The position numbers and the translations under genes are program-made. From positions 2,666,001 through 2,730,000 of the forward strand of contig OZ024757.1 of assembly GCA_964016885.1 (NCBI GenBank): a stretch of 64,000 nucleotides of DNA. The letters are read 5' to 3'. Within the stretch, counting starts at the first letter, position 1; each line of letters starts with the position of its first letter. The stretch is from Eledone cirrhosa. Its lineage: Eukaryota. This document shows, piece by piece, positions 11,538 through 26,385 of the stretch. The notes beneath the pieces are model-generated. The model made no database searches. It was not told where the DNA came from and saw nothing but the letters and a program-made list of their open reading frames with translations.

Positions 11538-12218
11538 CATGTTAGTTAGGTGTGTATCTACAGTAACAGGCGGTGTGTGTATATATATGTTAGGTGTGTA
11601 GCTACAGTAACAGGCGGTGTGTGTATATATATGTTAGGTGTGTAGCTACAGTAACAGGCGGTGTGTGTATATATATGTTAGGTGTGTATCTACAGTAACA
11701 GGCGGTGTGTGTATATATATATATGTTAGGTGTGTAGCTACAGTAACAGGCGGTGTGTGTATATATATGTTAGGTGTGTAGCTACAGTAACAGGCGGTGT
11801 GTGTATATCTATGTTAGGTGTGTAGCTACAGTAACAGGCGGTGTGTGTATATATATGTTAGGTGTGTAGCTACAGTAACAGGCGGTGTGTGTATATCTAT
11901 GTTAGGTGTGTAGCTACAGTAACAGGCGGTGTATATATATATGTTAGGTGTGTAGCTACAGTAACAGGTGTGTATATATACATACATGTTAGTTAGGTGT
12001 GTAGCTACAGTAACAGGTGTGTATATATACATACATGTTAGTTAGGTGTGTAGCTACAGTAACAGGTGTGTATATATACATACATGTTAGTTAGGTGTGT
12101 AGCTACAGTAACAGGTGTGTATATATACATACATGTTAGTTAGGTGTGTAGCTACAGTAACAGGTGTGTATATATACATACATGTTAGTTAGGTGTGTAG
12201 CTACAGTAACAGGCGGTA
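11538..12218. repeat. 46-53 bp minisatellite (gttaggtgtgtagctacagtaacaggcggtgtgtgtatatatat)
   Basis: About 14 tandem copies in two unit variants. Confidence 0.9.
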
Positions 12219-12431
12219 TGCTCCACAAAGCACTCAATACTGTACGAGGTCCATCTCATGTTGTTCTCCACAGTCAAGGCTGCTGTAGTGTGTAGAGTGT
12301 AAATAGATTAAGTAGAATCCAAATCAATGTTGCAACAAATGTACAAACTTTATTGACATATTACAACTGTTATATATATATATATATATATGAATGTGTG
12401 TGTGTGTGTGTGTGTTGTGTGTGTGTGTGTG

Positions 12432-12575
12432 TATAAATATATTTAATATAGAAAGGCTTCTACAGGACTAGCACTGTTTCATTCGGGAGAAATCATCAGG
12501 AAGCCCTGATGATTTCCTTCGAATGAAACAGTTATAGTCCTGTAGAAGCCATTTCTGTATAAAATATATTTATAT
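12432..12575. mobile_element. Palindromic double-HHR element, family A copy
   Basis: Inverted arms around catcagGAAGCCctgatg. Minus-strand HHR: GGCTTC-CTGATGA-tttctcccgaat-GAA ACAG tgctagtc CTGT A-GAAGCC. Confidence 0.8.
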
Positions 12576-12594
12576 ATATATTTATCTCTCTCTC

Positions 12595-12689
<95 letters not shown>

Positions 12690-12699
12690 ATATATATAT

Positions 12700-13152
12700 A
12701 AAATAAAATAAATAAGCCAAATATTTACAATTTGGTTTCGTTTATTACTGCTATATATATTTCGGTGACAGCCATCTTTGGCTGTGACCTCTTCAGGTAG
12801 TCCGAATTGGTGTTGTTGTTATTTCTCTGAGGAATTGGAATCATATCCAGTTCCTCAGAGAAATAACAACCTAACCAGGAACTGGACATATCGCAGTATT
12901 GACAAAGTTAAACACCTCAACAACATATGTACTCGTCTCTACCACACCAATTCGGACTGCCTGAAGAGGTCACAGCCAAAGATGGCTGTCACCGAAATAT
13001 ATATAGCAGTAATAAACGAAGCCAAATTGTAAATATTTGACTTATTTATTTTATTTTACATTACTCCGGAGTAACCAAACCAACCTGCGTACTTCGACGA
13101 GTGCTCCAATCTGCATACTGAGGTGTCGGTAAACAACCAACATATACTCAAA

Positions 13153-13156
<4 letters not shown>
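12700..13156 (+). mobile_element. Fold-back double-HHR element, family D
   Basis: Arms ~12700-12813 and ~12944-13058. Plus-strand HHR: ACTGC-CTGAAGA(12961)-ggtcacagcca aaga tggctgtcacc-GAA AT atat AT A-GCAGT-AATAAA. The tail 13059-13156 recurs at ~44928-45020. Confidence 0.85.
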
Positions 13157-13249
<93 letters not shown>

Positions 13250-13492
13250 ATGTGTGACGAAAGAACTTTGACAATATATAAACAATCATCTGGTTGCGGA
13301 ACCAACCAACCAACTGGAAATTTATAAATTCCTAAATTTATAAATTTATTATAATAAATTGAAGTGAAACAACTGGTGCGTATGTTTCTTATTGGCAACA
13401 TGACCCTCCCAAAGTATAACAATATCGGTTTCAACACACGTTTTCAGATAAAGAATCTTGCTAAACAAATTCAGAAACGAAATATATATAGT

Positions 13493-13576
<84 letters not shown>

Positions 13577-13671
13577 TATACATATATATATATATATATA
13601 TATAGTTATATATATATATATATATACATATATATGCAATATAATAATTTGTAAGTTGTTTCAAGGACAAA

Positions 13672-13785
13672 ATAATTGTTTCTACATTTGGCACAAGGCC
13701 AGCAAATTACCCAGTGCATTACTGGTACTTTATTTTATCGACCCCGTAAGGATGAAAGGCAAAGTCAACCTCGGCGGGATTTGAG
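13672..13785 (-). mobile_element. SINE fragment with ggtcgataaaataaagtaccagt core (Nin/Deu-like domain)
   Basis: The same core recurs at 19333-19447, 24070-24510, 25225-25420, 41100-41300 and 60333-60402. The longer copies have tRNA-like heads. Confidence 0.75.
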
Positions 13786-14554
13786 GGTTTCAAGGACAAA
13801 ATAATGACTACACAATATATTAAGTACAATAACAATATCATTATGATGTTGGAGATAAATATATATATAGACCTCTATAAACACACACATATATATATAT
13901 ATATGTATATATATATGGACCTATATAAACATATATATAGACCTATATAAACACATATATATACATATATGTATAAATATATATAGTAATAATAATACAT
14001 TTGAAGACTAAAATCGAAAGAGGGCTCGATAAGGATAAATATATATCAAATATATATTTATCCTTATAGAGCAAATAGTTATTAAAATAATTAATATATA
14101 TATATATATATATAAACATGTATATCGACCTATATTAACATATATACATATAGATATATATAAACATATATATAGACCTATATAAACATATATATAGACC
14201 TATATAAACATATAAATGTAATTCCCACAACTTGACGTTAGATGACAATTATAGCTAATAAATGTTTAACATAAAACTGGTTGACATGCAGTCAGGCTTG
14301 TCTGTCTGTCAATCTCTCTCACTCTGCCTCTCTCTCTCTCTGTCTGTCGTCCATCCCTCTAATCCCCCCCCCCCTCTCTATCTATCTCTTCCCCCCCTCT
14401 CTCTCTATCTCTATTTATGTCTATCTATCTATCTATCTCTACTTATATTGCAATATATGTAATATAAACATACATAATGGTAATTTTGTCTCGCTCCATT
14501 TCACAATTACTGAGGAAACTGTTTATATTCTCACCCCCTCGTCTCTCTCTATAG

Positions 14555-15107
14555 ATGTGTCTGTGTACGTATGTATGTGTGTGTGTGTGTGTGTGTGTAT
14601 ACATGTATGTATGTATGTCTATGTGTGTGTGTGTGTGTATGTATGTGTGTGTGTGTGTGTATACATGTATGTATGTATGTCTATGTGTGTGTGTGTATGT
14701 ATGTGTGTGTGTGTATACATGTATGTATGTATGTCTATGTGTGTGTGTGTGTGTATGTATGTGTGTGTGTGTGTATACAAGTATGTATGTATGTCTATGT
14801 GTGTGTGTGTGTGTGTATGTATGTGTGTGTGTGTGTATACATGTATGTATGTCTATGTGTGTGTGTGTGTGTGTATGTATGTGTGTGTGTGTATACATGT
14901 ATGTATGTATGTCTATGTGTGTGTGTGTGTGTGTGTATGTATGTGTATGTATGTGTGTGTGTGTGTGTATACATGTATGTATGTATGTCTATGTGTGTGT
15001 GTGTGTGTGTATGTATGTGTGTGTGTGTGTATACATGTATGTATGTATGTCTATGTGTGTGTGTGTGTGTATGTATGTGTGTGTGTGTATACATGTATGT
15101 ATGTATG

Positions 15108-15153
<46 letters not shown>

Positions 15154-15812
15154 CATGTATGTATGTATGTCTATGTGTGTGTGTGTGTGTATGTATGTGT
15201 GTGTGTATACATGTATGTATGTATGTATGTCTATGTGTATGTGTGTGTGTGTGTGTATGTATGTGTGTGTGTATACATGTATGTATGTATGTCTATGTGT
15301 GTGTGTGTGTGTATGTATGTGTGTGTGTGTGTATACATGTATGTATGTATGTCTATGTGTGTGTGTGTGTGTGTATACATGTATGTATGTATGTATGTCT
15401 ATGTGTATGTGTGTGTGTGTGTGTATGTATGTGTGTGTGTATACATGTATGTATGTATGTCTATGTGTGTGTGTGTGTGTATGTCTGTGTGTGTGTGTGT
15501 GTATACATGTATGTATGTATGTCTATGTGTGTGTGTGTGTGTATGTCTGTGTGTGTGTGTGTGTATACATGTATGTATGTATGTCTATGTGTGTGTGTGT
15601 GTGTGTGTGTATACATGTATGTATGTATGTATGTCTATGTGTATGTGTGTGTGTGTGTGTGTATGTATGTGTGTGTGTATACATGTATGTATGTATGTCT
15701 ATGTGTGTGTGTGTGTATGTATGTGTGTGTGTGTGTATACATGTATGTATGTATGTCTATGTGTGTGTGTGTGTATGTGTGTGTGTGTGTATACATGTAT
15801 GTATGTATGTCT

Positions 15813-15844
<32 letters not shown>

Positions 15845-17195
15845 GTGTGTGTGTGTATACATGTATGTATGTATGTCTATGTGTGTGTGTGTGTGTATGT
15901 GTGTGTGTATACATGTATGTATGTATGTATGTATGTCTATGTGTATGTGTGTGTGTGTGTGTATGTATGTGTGTGTGTATACATGTATGTATGTATGTCT
16001 ATGTGTGTGTGTGTGTATGTATGTGTGTGTGTGTGTATACATGTATGTATGTATGTCTATGTGTGTGTGTGTGTGTATGTATGTGTGTGTGTATACATGT
16101 ATGTATGTATGTCTATGTGTGTGTGTGTGTGTATGTATGTGTGTGTGTGTGTGTATACATGTATGTATGTATGTCTATGTGTGTGTGTGTATGTATGTGT
16201 GTGTGTGTGTATACATGTATGTATGTATGTCTATGTGTGTGTGTGTGTGTATGTGTGTGTGTGTATACATGTATGTATGTATGTCTATGTGTATGTGTGT
16301 GTGTGTGTGTATGTATGTGTGTGTGTGTATACATGTATGTATGTATGTCTATGTGTGTGTGTGTATGTGTGTGTGTGTGTATACATGTATGTATGTATGT
16401 ATGTCTATGTGTATGTGTGTGTGTGTGTGTATGTATGTGTGTGTGTGTGTATACATGTATGTATGTATGTCTATGTGTGTGTGTGTGTGTATGTATGTGT
16501 GTGTGTGTGTGTATACATGTATGTATGTCTATGTGTGTATGTGTGTGTGTGTGTGTATGTGTGTGTGTGTGTATACATGTATGTCTGTATGTCTATGTGT
16601 GTGTGTGTGCGTGTGTATGTATGTGTGTGTGTGTGTGTATACATGTATGTATGTATGTCTATGTGTGTGTGTGTGTATGTATGTGTGTGTGTGTGTATAC
16701 ATGTATGTATGTATGTCTATGTGTGTGTGTGTGTGTATGTATGTGTGTGTGTGTGTATACATGTATGTATGTATGTCTATGTGTGTGTGTGTGTGTATGT
16801 ATGTGTGTGTGTATACATGTATGTATGTATGTCTATGTGTGTGTGTGTGTGTATACATGTATGTATGTATGTCTATGTGTGTGTGTGTGTATGTATGTGT
16901 GTGTATACATGTATGTATGTATGTCTATGTGTGTGTGTGTGTGTGTATGTGTGTGTGTGTGTATAGATGTATGTATGTATGTCTGTGTGTGTGTGTGTGT
17001 GTATGTATGTGTGTGTGTGTGTATACATGTATGTATGTATGTCTGTGTGTGTGTGTGTGTATGTGTGTGTGTGTGTGTATACATGTATGAATGTATGTCT
17101 ATGTGTATGTGTGTGTGTGTATACATGTATGTATGTATGTCTATGTGTGTGTGTGTGTGTATGTATATGTGTGTGTATACATGTATGTATGTATG

Positions 17196-17233
<38 letters not shown>

Positions 17234-17368
17234 TGTGTGTATACATGTATGTATGTATGTCTATGTGTGTGTGTGTATGTGTGTGTGTGTGTATGTAAGT
17301 GTGTGTGTATGTGTATGTTTGAACGTGTGTATGTATGGATGTGTGTGTATGTATGTACGTATGTATGT
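14555..17368. repeat. Compound (TG)n/(TATG)n satellite
   Basis: Higher-order unit of ~55-60 bp with tatacatg and gtctatg landmarks. Confidence 0.95.
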
Positions 17369-17369
17369 C

Positions 17370-17830
17370 ACGTCACTCTTGAGTACTACTGGTAACATGT
17401 AACCCAGTACAACTTGTCACATGGTCGGGTCGTCGGCGACTAAACTAGGAACTCCACCAAGTTTACTTGGTGAGGAGGGTGATTTTGGACACCCGGCAGG
17501 ACAAAAAACAAAACCTGACAAGGGGCGGAATAACTCATAAGAGTCAACGGCCATCCGAAAGTGTGTAAATATGTATATAGACATGTACCGCGCGGTTAAA
17601 CCACTGGGAGTCAGGACCCCTAGCCTTTGTCAGGGCATTCTTCTAGGAGAAGTCTACTCGGGAAACTGGGATAACTCCGATATAAAACCTGCGGCTTAGT
17701 AGTTACCGATGATGTTGATCTTTTCTTCTTTTCGGGTTATAGCTACTGTCGCCCAGAGAGTGGGATTGGCTCAGTGCACAGTCTTTCCTCACTTTAAAAA
17801 ATATCTTCACGCACAGGCATTGCACGATAG
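17370..17830. mobile_element. Diverged copy of the ~610-bp interspersed repeat at 47288-47900 and 53040-53655
   Basis: Shares tactggtaacatgta.cccagtacaac...ggtgaggagggtga..ttggaca with those copies. Confidence 0.7.
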
Positions 17831-17902
17831 AATTAATTAATAATTATTAATAATGGTATATCATGCAATGGCCATACTCGATAACGAGAGGGCAGCCATC
17901 AT

Positions 17903-18530
17903 CATGTATGTATGTACGTGTGTATGTATGTATACATGTATGTGTGTATGTATGTATACATGTATGTGTGTATGTATGTATACATGTATGTGTGTATGTA
18001 TGTATACATGTATGTGTGTATGTATGTATACATGTATGTGTGTATGTATGTATACATATACGTGTGTATGTATGTATACATGTATGTGTGTATGTATGTA
18101 TACATGTACGTGTGTATGTATGTATACATGTATGTGTGTATGTATGTATACATGTATGTGTGTATGTATGTATACATGTATGTGTGTATGTATGTATACA
18201 TGTATGTGTGTATGTATGTATACATGTACGTGTGTATGTATGTATACATGTACGTGTGTATGTATGTATACATGTATGTGTGTATGTATGTATACATGTA
18301 TGTGTGTATGTATGTATACATGTACGTGTGTATGTATGTATACATGTATGTGTGTATGTATGTATACATGTATGTGTGTATGTATGTATACATGTACGTG
18401 TGTATGTATGTATACATGTATGTGTGTATGTATGTATACATGTATGTGTGTATGTATGTATACATGTACGTGTGTATGTATGTATACATGTACGTGTGTA
18501 TGTATGTATACATGTATGTGTGTATGTATG
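17903..18530. repeat. 24-bp satellite (tatacatgtatgtgtgtatgtatg)
   Basis: About 26 tandem copies. Confidence 0.95.
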
Positions 18531-18705
18531 TCGGGTCTACGGACACCCCGCGGGAGGAAAAACAAGGCCCGTCAAATGGCGGAGGATTCAGTCAACGTTC
18601 ATCCAATAAATTTTTTTTTTTTTTTTTTAGCAAGAATCTCCTAGTGGTAAAACATCTCTCTAGGAGAAGGTCACTCTGATATAAAACCCGTGACTTCGTT
18701 TGCAT

Positions 18706-19277
<572 letters not shown>

Positions 19278-19461
19278 ATACACCATGTATATATGTATTT
19301 ATGTATATTATGCACACACACGCATATATATATAATTGTTTCTACTTTTGGCACAAGGCCAGCAATTATCCCAGTACATTACTGGTACTTTATTTTATCG
19401 ACCCCGTAAGGATGAAAGACAAAGTTAACCTCGGCGGGATTTGAACTAAGAATATATATAA

Positions 19462-19770
19462 TGCGTATGGCTTAGTGGTTAGAGCATTGGGCTTGCAATC
19501 GAAAGGTTGGGAGTTCGATTCTTGGAGCGGGTGATGCGTTGTGTCATTGAGCAAGACACTTTATTTCACGTTGCTCCAGTTTACTCAGCTGTAGAAATGA
19601 GTAGTGACGTCACTGGTGCCAAACTGTATCGGTCATTGCCTTTCCCTTGGACAACATTGGTGGCATGGAGAGGGGAGACTGGTATGGGTGACTGCTGGTC
19701 TTTCACAAACAAACCTTGCCAGGACTTGTACCTCGCAGGCAAACTTTCTAGGTGTAAATCACATGGACTT
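19462..19770 (+). mobile_element. tRNA-derived SINE
   Basis: A box TGGCTTAGTGG, B box GAGTTCGATTC, then gagcaagacactttatttcacgttgctccagtttactcagctgt. A minus-strand copy lies at ~50135-50375. Confidence 0.85.
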
Positions 19771-19799
19771 CTCTTCTCTCTCTATATATATATATGTGT

Positions 19800-20206
19800 A
19801 GGAGGTGAGTTTTATTGTAGCACAATAAAGCAATGCAAATATCGGATAAGTAGCACTCAACAGTTTATAGGACTGGAGTATAAATAATATAAAATCAAAA
19901 GATGGTTAAAAGAGTTCCATATATTTTATTATGCGCATTTCAAAAACAAAAATCATCATGGCATGATATTTGCGTTCTCATCAGATAAATTAGGGACACA
20001 TGATATGAAGCTTAAAAAACACTTGCGAGCAGTGAAGTGTTAAATCAACATATATGTTGATTTAACACTTCACTACTCGCAAGTGTTTTTTAAGCTTCAT
20101 ATCATGTCTCCCTAATTTATCTGATGAGAACGCAAATATCATCCCATGATTTTTGTTTTTGAAATGCGCATAATAAAATATATGGACCTCTTTTAACCAT
20201 CTTTTG

Positions 20207-20213
<7 letters not shown>
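19800..20213. mobile_element. Large hairpin double-HHR element
   Basis: ~160-bp arms fold at ~20052 with essentially no spacer. Plus-strand HHR: TTTAT-CTGATGA(20121)-...-GAA AT gcgc AT A-ATAAA, mirrored in the left arm. Tail on the minus strand at 19800-19885. Confidence 0.85.
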
Positions 20214-20266
<53 letters not shown>

Positions 20267-20404
20267 TATATATTATTTATACATACATACATATATATGT
20301 ATATATATATATATGTATATACATATATATATATTATATATATATATACATACATATATATATGTATATATATATATGCATATATATTATATATATATAC
20401 ATAC

Positions 20405-20818
20405 ATGGTGGCTGCCAACTCGTTTTCGAGTACGGCCACTACTTTATATCCATGTAGGAGAACCCCTACCGATGCGCTGAACAAGTGTGACTTTTTAGTC
20501 CAGCTAGCGACTTGAAAACTCTGGTACAAACACTACACTTGTGACAATTACTGACACATAGTGCTGGGCCCATTGTACCATGTGACGACAAGTGCAGAGA
20601 GATCTCCAGATATAAAGCAATGCCTGTGCCGTGAAGCTTTTATAGTGAGCAAAGGCACTGCACAAAGCCAGTCCCACTCTCTTAACCAAGATGATATTTA
20701 CCAAAACAAGAACAAGTCAACATCATTGGATACCATCAGGGTTGCAGGTGTTATATCAGAGTTTTCCTTCTCCTAGAATTCTGCCTTGACAAAGGCTAAG
20801 GGGTTATCTCTCCCGGAT
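20405..20818. mobile_element. Truncated copy of the ~610-bp interspersed repeat
   Basis: Near-identical to 47288-47704. Confidence 0.85.
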
Positions 20819-20824
20819 ATACAT

Positions 20825-20882
<58 letters not shown>

Positions 20883-21104
20883 GTATGTATATATGTATAT
20901 ATATATATGTATGTATATATGTATGTATATATATATATGTATATATATATGTATGTATATATGTATATATATATGTATGTATATATATATATATGTATGT
21001 ATATATATATGTATGTATGTATATATGTATGTATGTATATATATATATATGCATATATATTATATATATACATACATACATACATACATACATACATACA
21101 TAGA

Positions 21105-23918
21105 CACTCAACGCGATCAGTCGCATATTTTGGCGTGGGAGACTATTTATTAAGTTTAAGATGAATACTATCTCCGACAGTAATGCCACAACTACAGCCA
21201 GGTTGAATAACTGGTTATTCTTCCAACTATATCTTCTGAAGACACCTTTTATTCGAATTCGTAGAGATAGCCGACTAAATACATAATTCATTTTACAAGG
21301 ATTTGCTACAAACAGCATGGCTGAACACAACATCAACAACAAAATTAAGGAAGTATCGAAGACAAATAACAAGGAAGGTAATCAAACTTTATTCAGTTGT
21401 AGCTACAGAAGAAACCGAAATTATAAATCGCATTTCTCTTGGAGTTGCGAACTTAATAATGATTTATTTAATTGTTATAAAATGGCAAAATACAATCCCT
21501 CCATTGGCTATATGAACAGAATGAAGCTATACTGGGACGAAATGCACCCAGAGCTAAATTATTTCACAGCGAAACAATTACGCCAACAAGCGACGTTTGT
21601 TGAACGTAAAAATAAGATAAATATTATTAATTGCAAGTCCCCCACAACAAACATGTTATCAACAACATGTGCTACAGGTCGCCATGCTACTAGACTTCCT
21701 AGCAGCCAGGTCGAACAGCGCCTTGAAACAACTATGCCTGTAAGAAATTTGACACCACGTGTACCATCTAAGTCTACCTCGAATGCTGGGGAAAACACTA
21801 TCGATAATAATAATAATAATAATCGAAGAAATTTGACACCACGTGTACCATACCAGTATACCTCGACTGTTGTGGAAAATACTATCGATAATGATAATAA
21901 ACAAAAGTATAAACAATTGAAAATTTCCCTCAACGAAATCTTCCAGAGAGAAATTAACTCATGTTTAAATATCTCTCTTGCCGAACGTATTAAAACGACA
22001 ATGTTTAATAAAAAAAAAACAAATAATGAAATATTACGTGTTATTGACGAAATAGGGGATGAATATTTACGACGGATAAAACCCCCAATATTTTGGCAAA
22101 TCAACGCCTGTTTATATACCTTAGCAACGACAGTGAAGCATTATCTTGGTGATAGCAGAGATATTAACAAGAACAGAACACCACCAAAAATACCATCATA
22201 TATAACTAAAATAGAAAAAAAGATTGCTGACCTACGAAAAAATCATAGGATATGTGACAATGATCCTTACATGAAAACAAACACAAAAACACCTCACTCC
22301 TCACCAACAAAGAGTGAAAAATAAAATATGGGGTGAAAAGAAGAATTTCAACCAAGATGCAGTGTGGCTAAGGGAAATCCGAAAGAACTATTGCTCCTAC
22401 ACTACAACAAAAACATACGAAATAAGTTAAGGTACCCTTGAGACTGTGATAGGAAAACTCCAAGATAAGAAAACACCAGGAAGAGACATGATTGTCGGCT
22501 ACTGGTACAAAAAACTATCGGAGGTATCTTACTGACCTCTACCAACAAGTTCTTAAGGGAGATACACTTATACCAGAATGATTGACATTAGCACAAACAT
22601 TACAGGTCCCCAAAACAAAGACACCAACTTGGCAAAAAACTACCGACCCATTGCATGCCAGAACCTGATGTATAAAATGTATACAGCCTGCCTGAACATA
22701 TTCCTCCAAGATCACTGTGAAAATAATAACATCATCACAGATGAACAAGCAGCTGGAAAGAAAGGGGTTTGGGGATGTGCTGAACAACTTCTAATCAACA
22801 AAACTGCGATGTCAGAGGTGCGACAACTTAGGAGGAATATGGCTACAGTCTGGCTGGACTACAGGAAAGCTTTCGATTCTGTTCCCCACTCTTGGATGAT
22901 AGAGGCCCTCCAACTTGCTAAAGTCCCAGACATTATTGTCAGAGCCATAGAGAGGCTGTCTTCTTCTTGGGCTACTATCCTAAGGTTAAAGACAGAGAGG
23001 GAGGACTCTATTTTCACTGATAAAATAAAATATTGCAGGGGTATATTTCAGGGGGACAGTCTCTGTGATATTGTTCATCTTGTCATTAAACCCCTTGTCC
23101 TTTCTGCTCAAGAAATGTGAGGGATACATCATTGGCTCACAGGAGGACAGAAATTCGAACCTAACCCATAATTTCTTTGTGGACGATCTGAAACTCTATG
23201 CCAAGAACATGGATGGGATGAAGAAAAATCTTGACCTGGTTACAACGTTCTCAAAGGATATAGGAATGGAGTTTGGCCAAGATAAATGCCCATATATGAC
23301 TGTAAAGCGGGGAAAAACAACAACCCATCTAGCAACATTGTCATCAATTGCCTAACTGTTTCACTGATATCTGATGAGGACTGCTACAGATATCTGGGGA
23401 TAGATGAGAACATATCCTATAATGGTATCTGTAATAAAGACCGCGTAACCAGCGAATACTACACCCGATTAAGAAAGATCTGGTCATCGGAACTCTGTGC
23501 GCAAAACAAAACAGTGGCTCACAATGTGTTTGCTGTGCCTGTCCTAACACCAACGTTTGGAATACTCAATTGGACGATAGACGAAATCCGAGCAGTTGAT
23601 GGTGGAACTCGAAAAATACTGAACAATACCGGAAGCTTCCACATCAACAGTGACATAGATCGCCTTTACTTGAAACGTAAGCAGGGAGACAGAGACCTAA
23701 CATCAGTCCAGACAACATTTGAATGTCGCATCATATCTCTCCGACAACATCTACGAACCTCGAAGCGTAGGAGCCCGTTTCTCGAGCAAGTCTATCTGCA
23801 TGAAACAGATAAGATCATGAGAATTGGGAAGGAACTCCTCGAGAGATATTCCCTGTGTGATAATCAAAAACTCACACCCAGGGATGTCGCTCAGCAGTAT
23901 CGCAATGAATCCATGGAT
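21105..23918 (+). mobile_element. R4/Dong-like non-LTR retrotransposon, frameshifted and 3'-truncated
   Basis: RT motifs run across three frames: NYRPIAC, WLDYRKAFDSVPHSW, RGIFQGDSL, FFVDDLKLYA, IGMEFGQDKC, YRYLGIDE, DRLYLKRKQG. The N-terminal ORF is 21317-22324. The REL endonuclease is missing. Confidence 0.85.
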
Positions 23919-23959
23919 ACATGTATATATACATATATTGTGTGTATATATATATACAT

Positions 23960-23992
<33 letters not shown>

Positions 23993-24682
23993 CACACACG
24001 CCAGCCATGTTGTCTGAAAGACTGATACTGTTTGGCAGTAAACTTCTTCTTCTTCTTCTTCTTCTGTAAGACCCCAGTATATTACTCGTACTTTATTTCA
24101 TCGACCACAGGAAGTTGAAAGATCAAGTTGACCTCAACGAGATTTTAACTTAAAGCAATAAATGTCACAAAACATGTTGTCGACACTCTACCGATCCTCC
24201 TAATCCACCTCCACAATAATTGTTTCTACTTTTTGCACAAGGCCAGCAATTACCCAGTGTATTACTGGTACGTTATTTTATCGACCCCGAAGGATGAAAG
24301 GTAAAGTTAACCTCGACAGGATTTGAACTCAGACTGGCAAGGGCCGTAATTCTATGCTTTAAAGCATGGCGTCCGACCCTCTACGATACTGCCAATCCAC
24401 CGCCATAATAATAATAGTAATGGTTTCTGATTTAAGCACAAGACCAGTAGTTTTGGGGAGGGGAAAGTCGATTACTGGTACTTTATTTTATTGACCCCGT
24501 AAGGATGAATCTCCACTTATCCCAACCCCACCGCTTAATCCCCCCCCCATTATTTGGGACCCGAGAGTACCTTATTCTTTGCAGTTCAGTTTTCAATTAT
24601 AACCTGTCCAATCTGTGTTGGACCCTGTCTAGTTGGTTGATTCCTATCTATGAATATATCAGTGTTAATTGTTTTATCCCAG

Positions 24683-25075
24683 TTCTTTATCTACCATGAT
24701 ATCTTTATCTAGCCTGATATCATCTTTATCTACCATGATATCATCTTTATCTAGCCTGATATAATCTTTATCTACCATGATATCATCTTTATCTAGCCTG
24801 ATATCATCTTTATCTACCATGATATCATCTTTACCTACCATGATATCATCTTTATCTAGCCTGATATCATCTTTATCTACCATGATATCTTCTTTATCTA
24901 GCCTGATATCATCTTTATCTACCATGATATCATCTTTATCTACCATGATATCATCTTTATCTAGCCTGATATCATCTTTATCTACCATGATATCTTTATC
25001 TACCATGATATCATCTTTATCTAGCCTGATATCATCTTTATCTACCATGATATCTTTATCTACCATTATATCTTT
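24683..25075. repeat. 21-bp minisatellite (tctttatctaccatgatatca and tctttatctagcctgatatca variants)
   Basis: Direct periodicity. Confidence 0.9.
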
Positions 25076-25444
25076 AACTAGAATGATACTAGTGTTTTTA
25101 ACTAGTTTTGCCCCCTTCGGAGTTGCCTTGTCACATGCCCAAATTTCATGCCTATTTCTGTTGTGAATCCATGTACTGTCTGTAGCAGTGTTTCAAGTTG
25201 TCTCTCGGAGAGGGAATTTTCTTGGTGGGTTGGCAGTATCGGTAGAGGGTCGGATGCCATGCTTTGCAGCATTGTTAGGGCCCTTTACGTTCTGAGTTCA
25301 AATCCCGCCGGGGTTAACTTTGCCTTTCATCCTTACGGGGTCGATAAAAAAAAGTACCAGTCGCGCACTGAGGTCGATTTAATCGAGCTTCCCCTCCCAC
25401 AAAATTTGCTGGCCCCGTACCTAAATCTAGTCGTCTTTTATATC

Positions 25445-26385
25445 TCAGATAATGGTCTCACTCCCATGTAGAATAGAAGTGGTGATAGGTAGTCCACTTG
25501 AACCCCCCCCCCCCCCCCACCTGTTAATTAGGACAGTCTCACTTTTTATAAATCCATCTTTTGCTTCTACCTGCAGAACTGTTTGCCACATACACGTGAC
25601 ATATTTGATAAATACCTTTATTGTCGGTGCTACTTTGTTCATGGCTATTGTGTTCAGTATCCATGCATGGGGAACACTGTCAAACGCCCTTTGGTAGTCG
25701 ATATCTGCCATGTTGAGGGTTTCCTTGTTGTTTCCTGCAGTTTTCTGTAAGGGGTTTGTGGATTAGCAACTGGTCTTTACAGCCATATTAACCTTTGTGG
25801 CAGCTTTTCTGTTCTTCTGAAAACAGGTTTTTTTTTACCAGGTTTTTGGTGACTTTCTGCGATAGTATTGTAGTTAAAGTCCTGTAGTTTATAGGAAGGC
25901 AAGTTAGCGGCTTGAAGGTTGAGGGGTTTCTGTTATTCAAGGTAATTTCCCCCTAAGTGAGCCTATCAGGTATTTTTTCTGGCTCTGTCAGCATCTCATT
26001 AAACTTCTTAAGTGCACTATGTGACCCTGTTAAATATTTTAACCCAAAATTTGGGATCTTGACATGTCTCGGTGGCTTTTAGTTCCTTGCGTTTTTCAGT
26101 GTGCTTGGCACATCATCTAATGTTCCCACAGTTGTTCAGCTGCTCTGCCAGTTATTCTGGTTAGTTTAGCACATCGTGATGTCTCTTCTTCTGCCATAAT
26201 CTTCTCCAGAACTCTTCCACTTCTTTTACTTTTATTTTGCCCCTAGTAACTTCCTGAGTGGTTTAGGGTTGGAGTGAAATATCTGGTTTTGTTGAAGAAA
26301 ACTTGTGACACTTTTCATATCCCCAGATTCTTTCTGATTTTGCAAGTATTTGTTGTTTTGGGAACTAGAATTGTTTTCAACACGC
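25445..26385 (-). mobile_element. Second, more decayed R4/Dong-like RT fragment
   Basis: IDYQRAFDSVPHAWI motif, with upstream EEQKSCHKG..GCKDQLLI-like remnants. Confidence 0.7.

Noticed and set aside
14281-18679. Very long ORFs (up to 1005 aa) rich in C/V/Y/M
   Set aside because: They are translations of (TG)n/(TATG)n satellites, open in all frames.
19462-19530. tRNA gene
   Set aside because: The A/B boxes continue into a SINE body, and there is no complete cloverleaf.
24674-25166. Asp/Lys- or Ser-rich repeat proteins
   Set aside because: Products of a 21-bp minisatellite, with no splice or start context.
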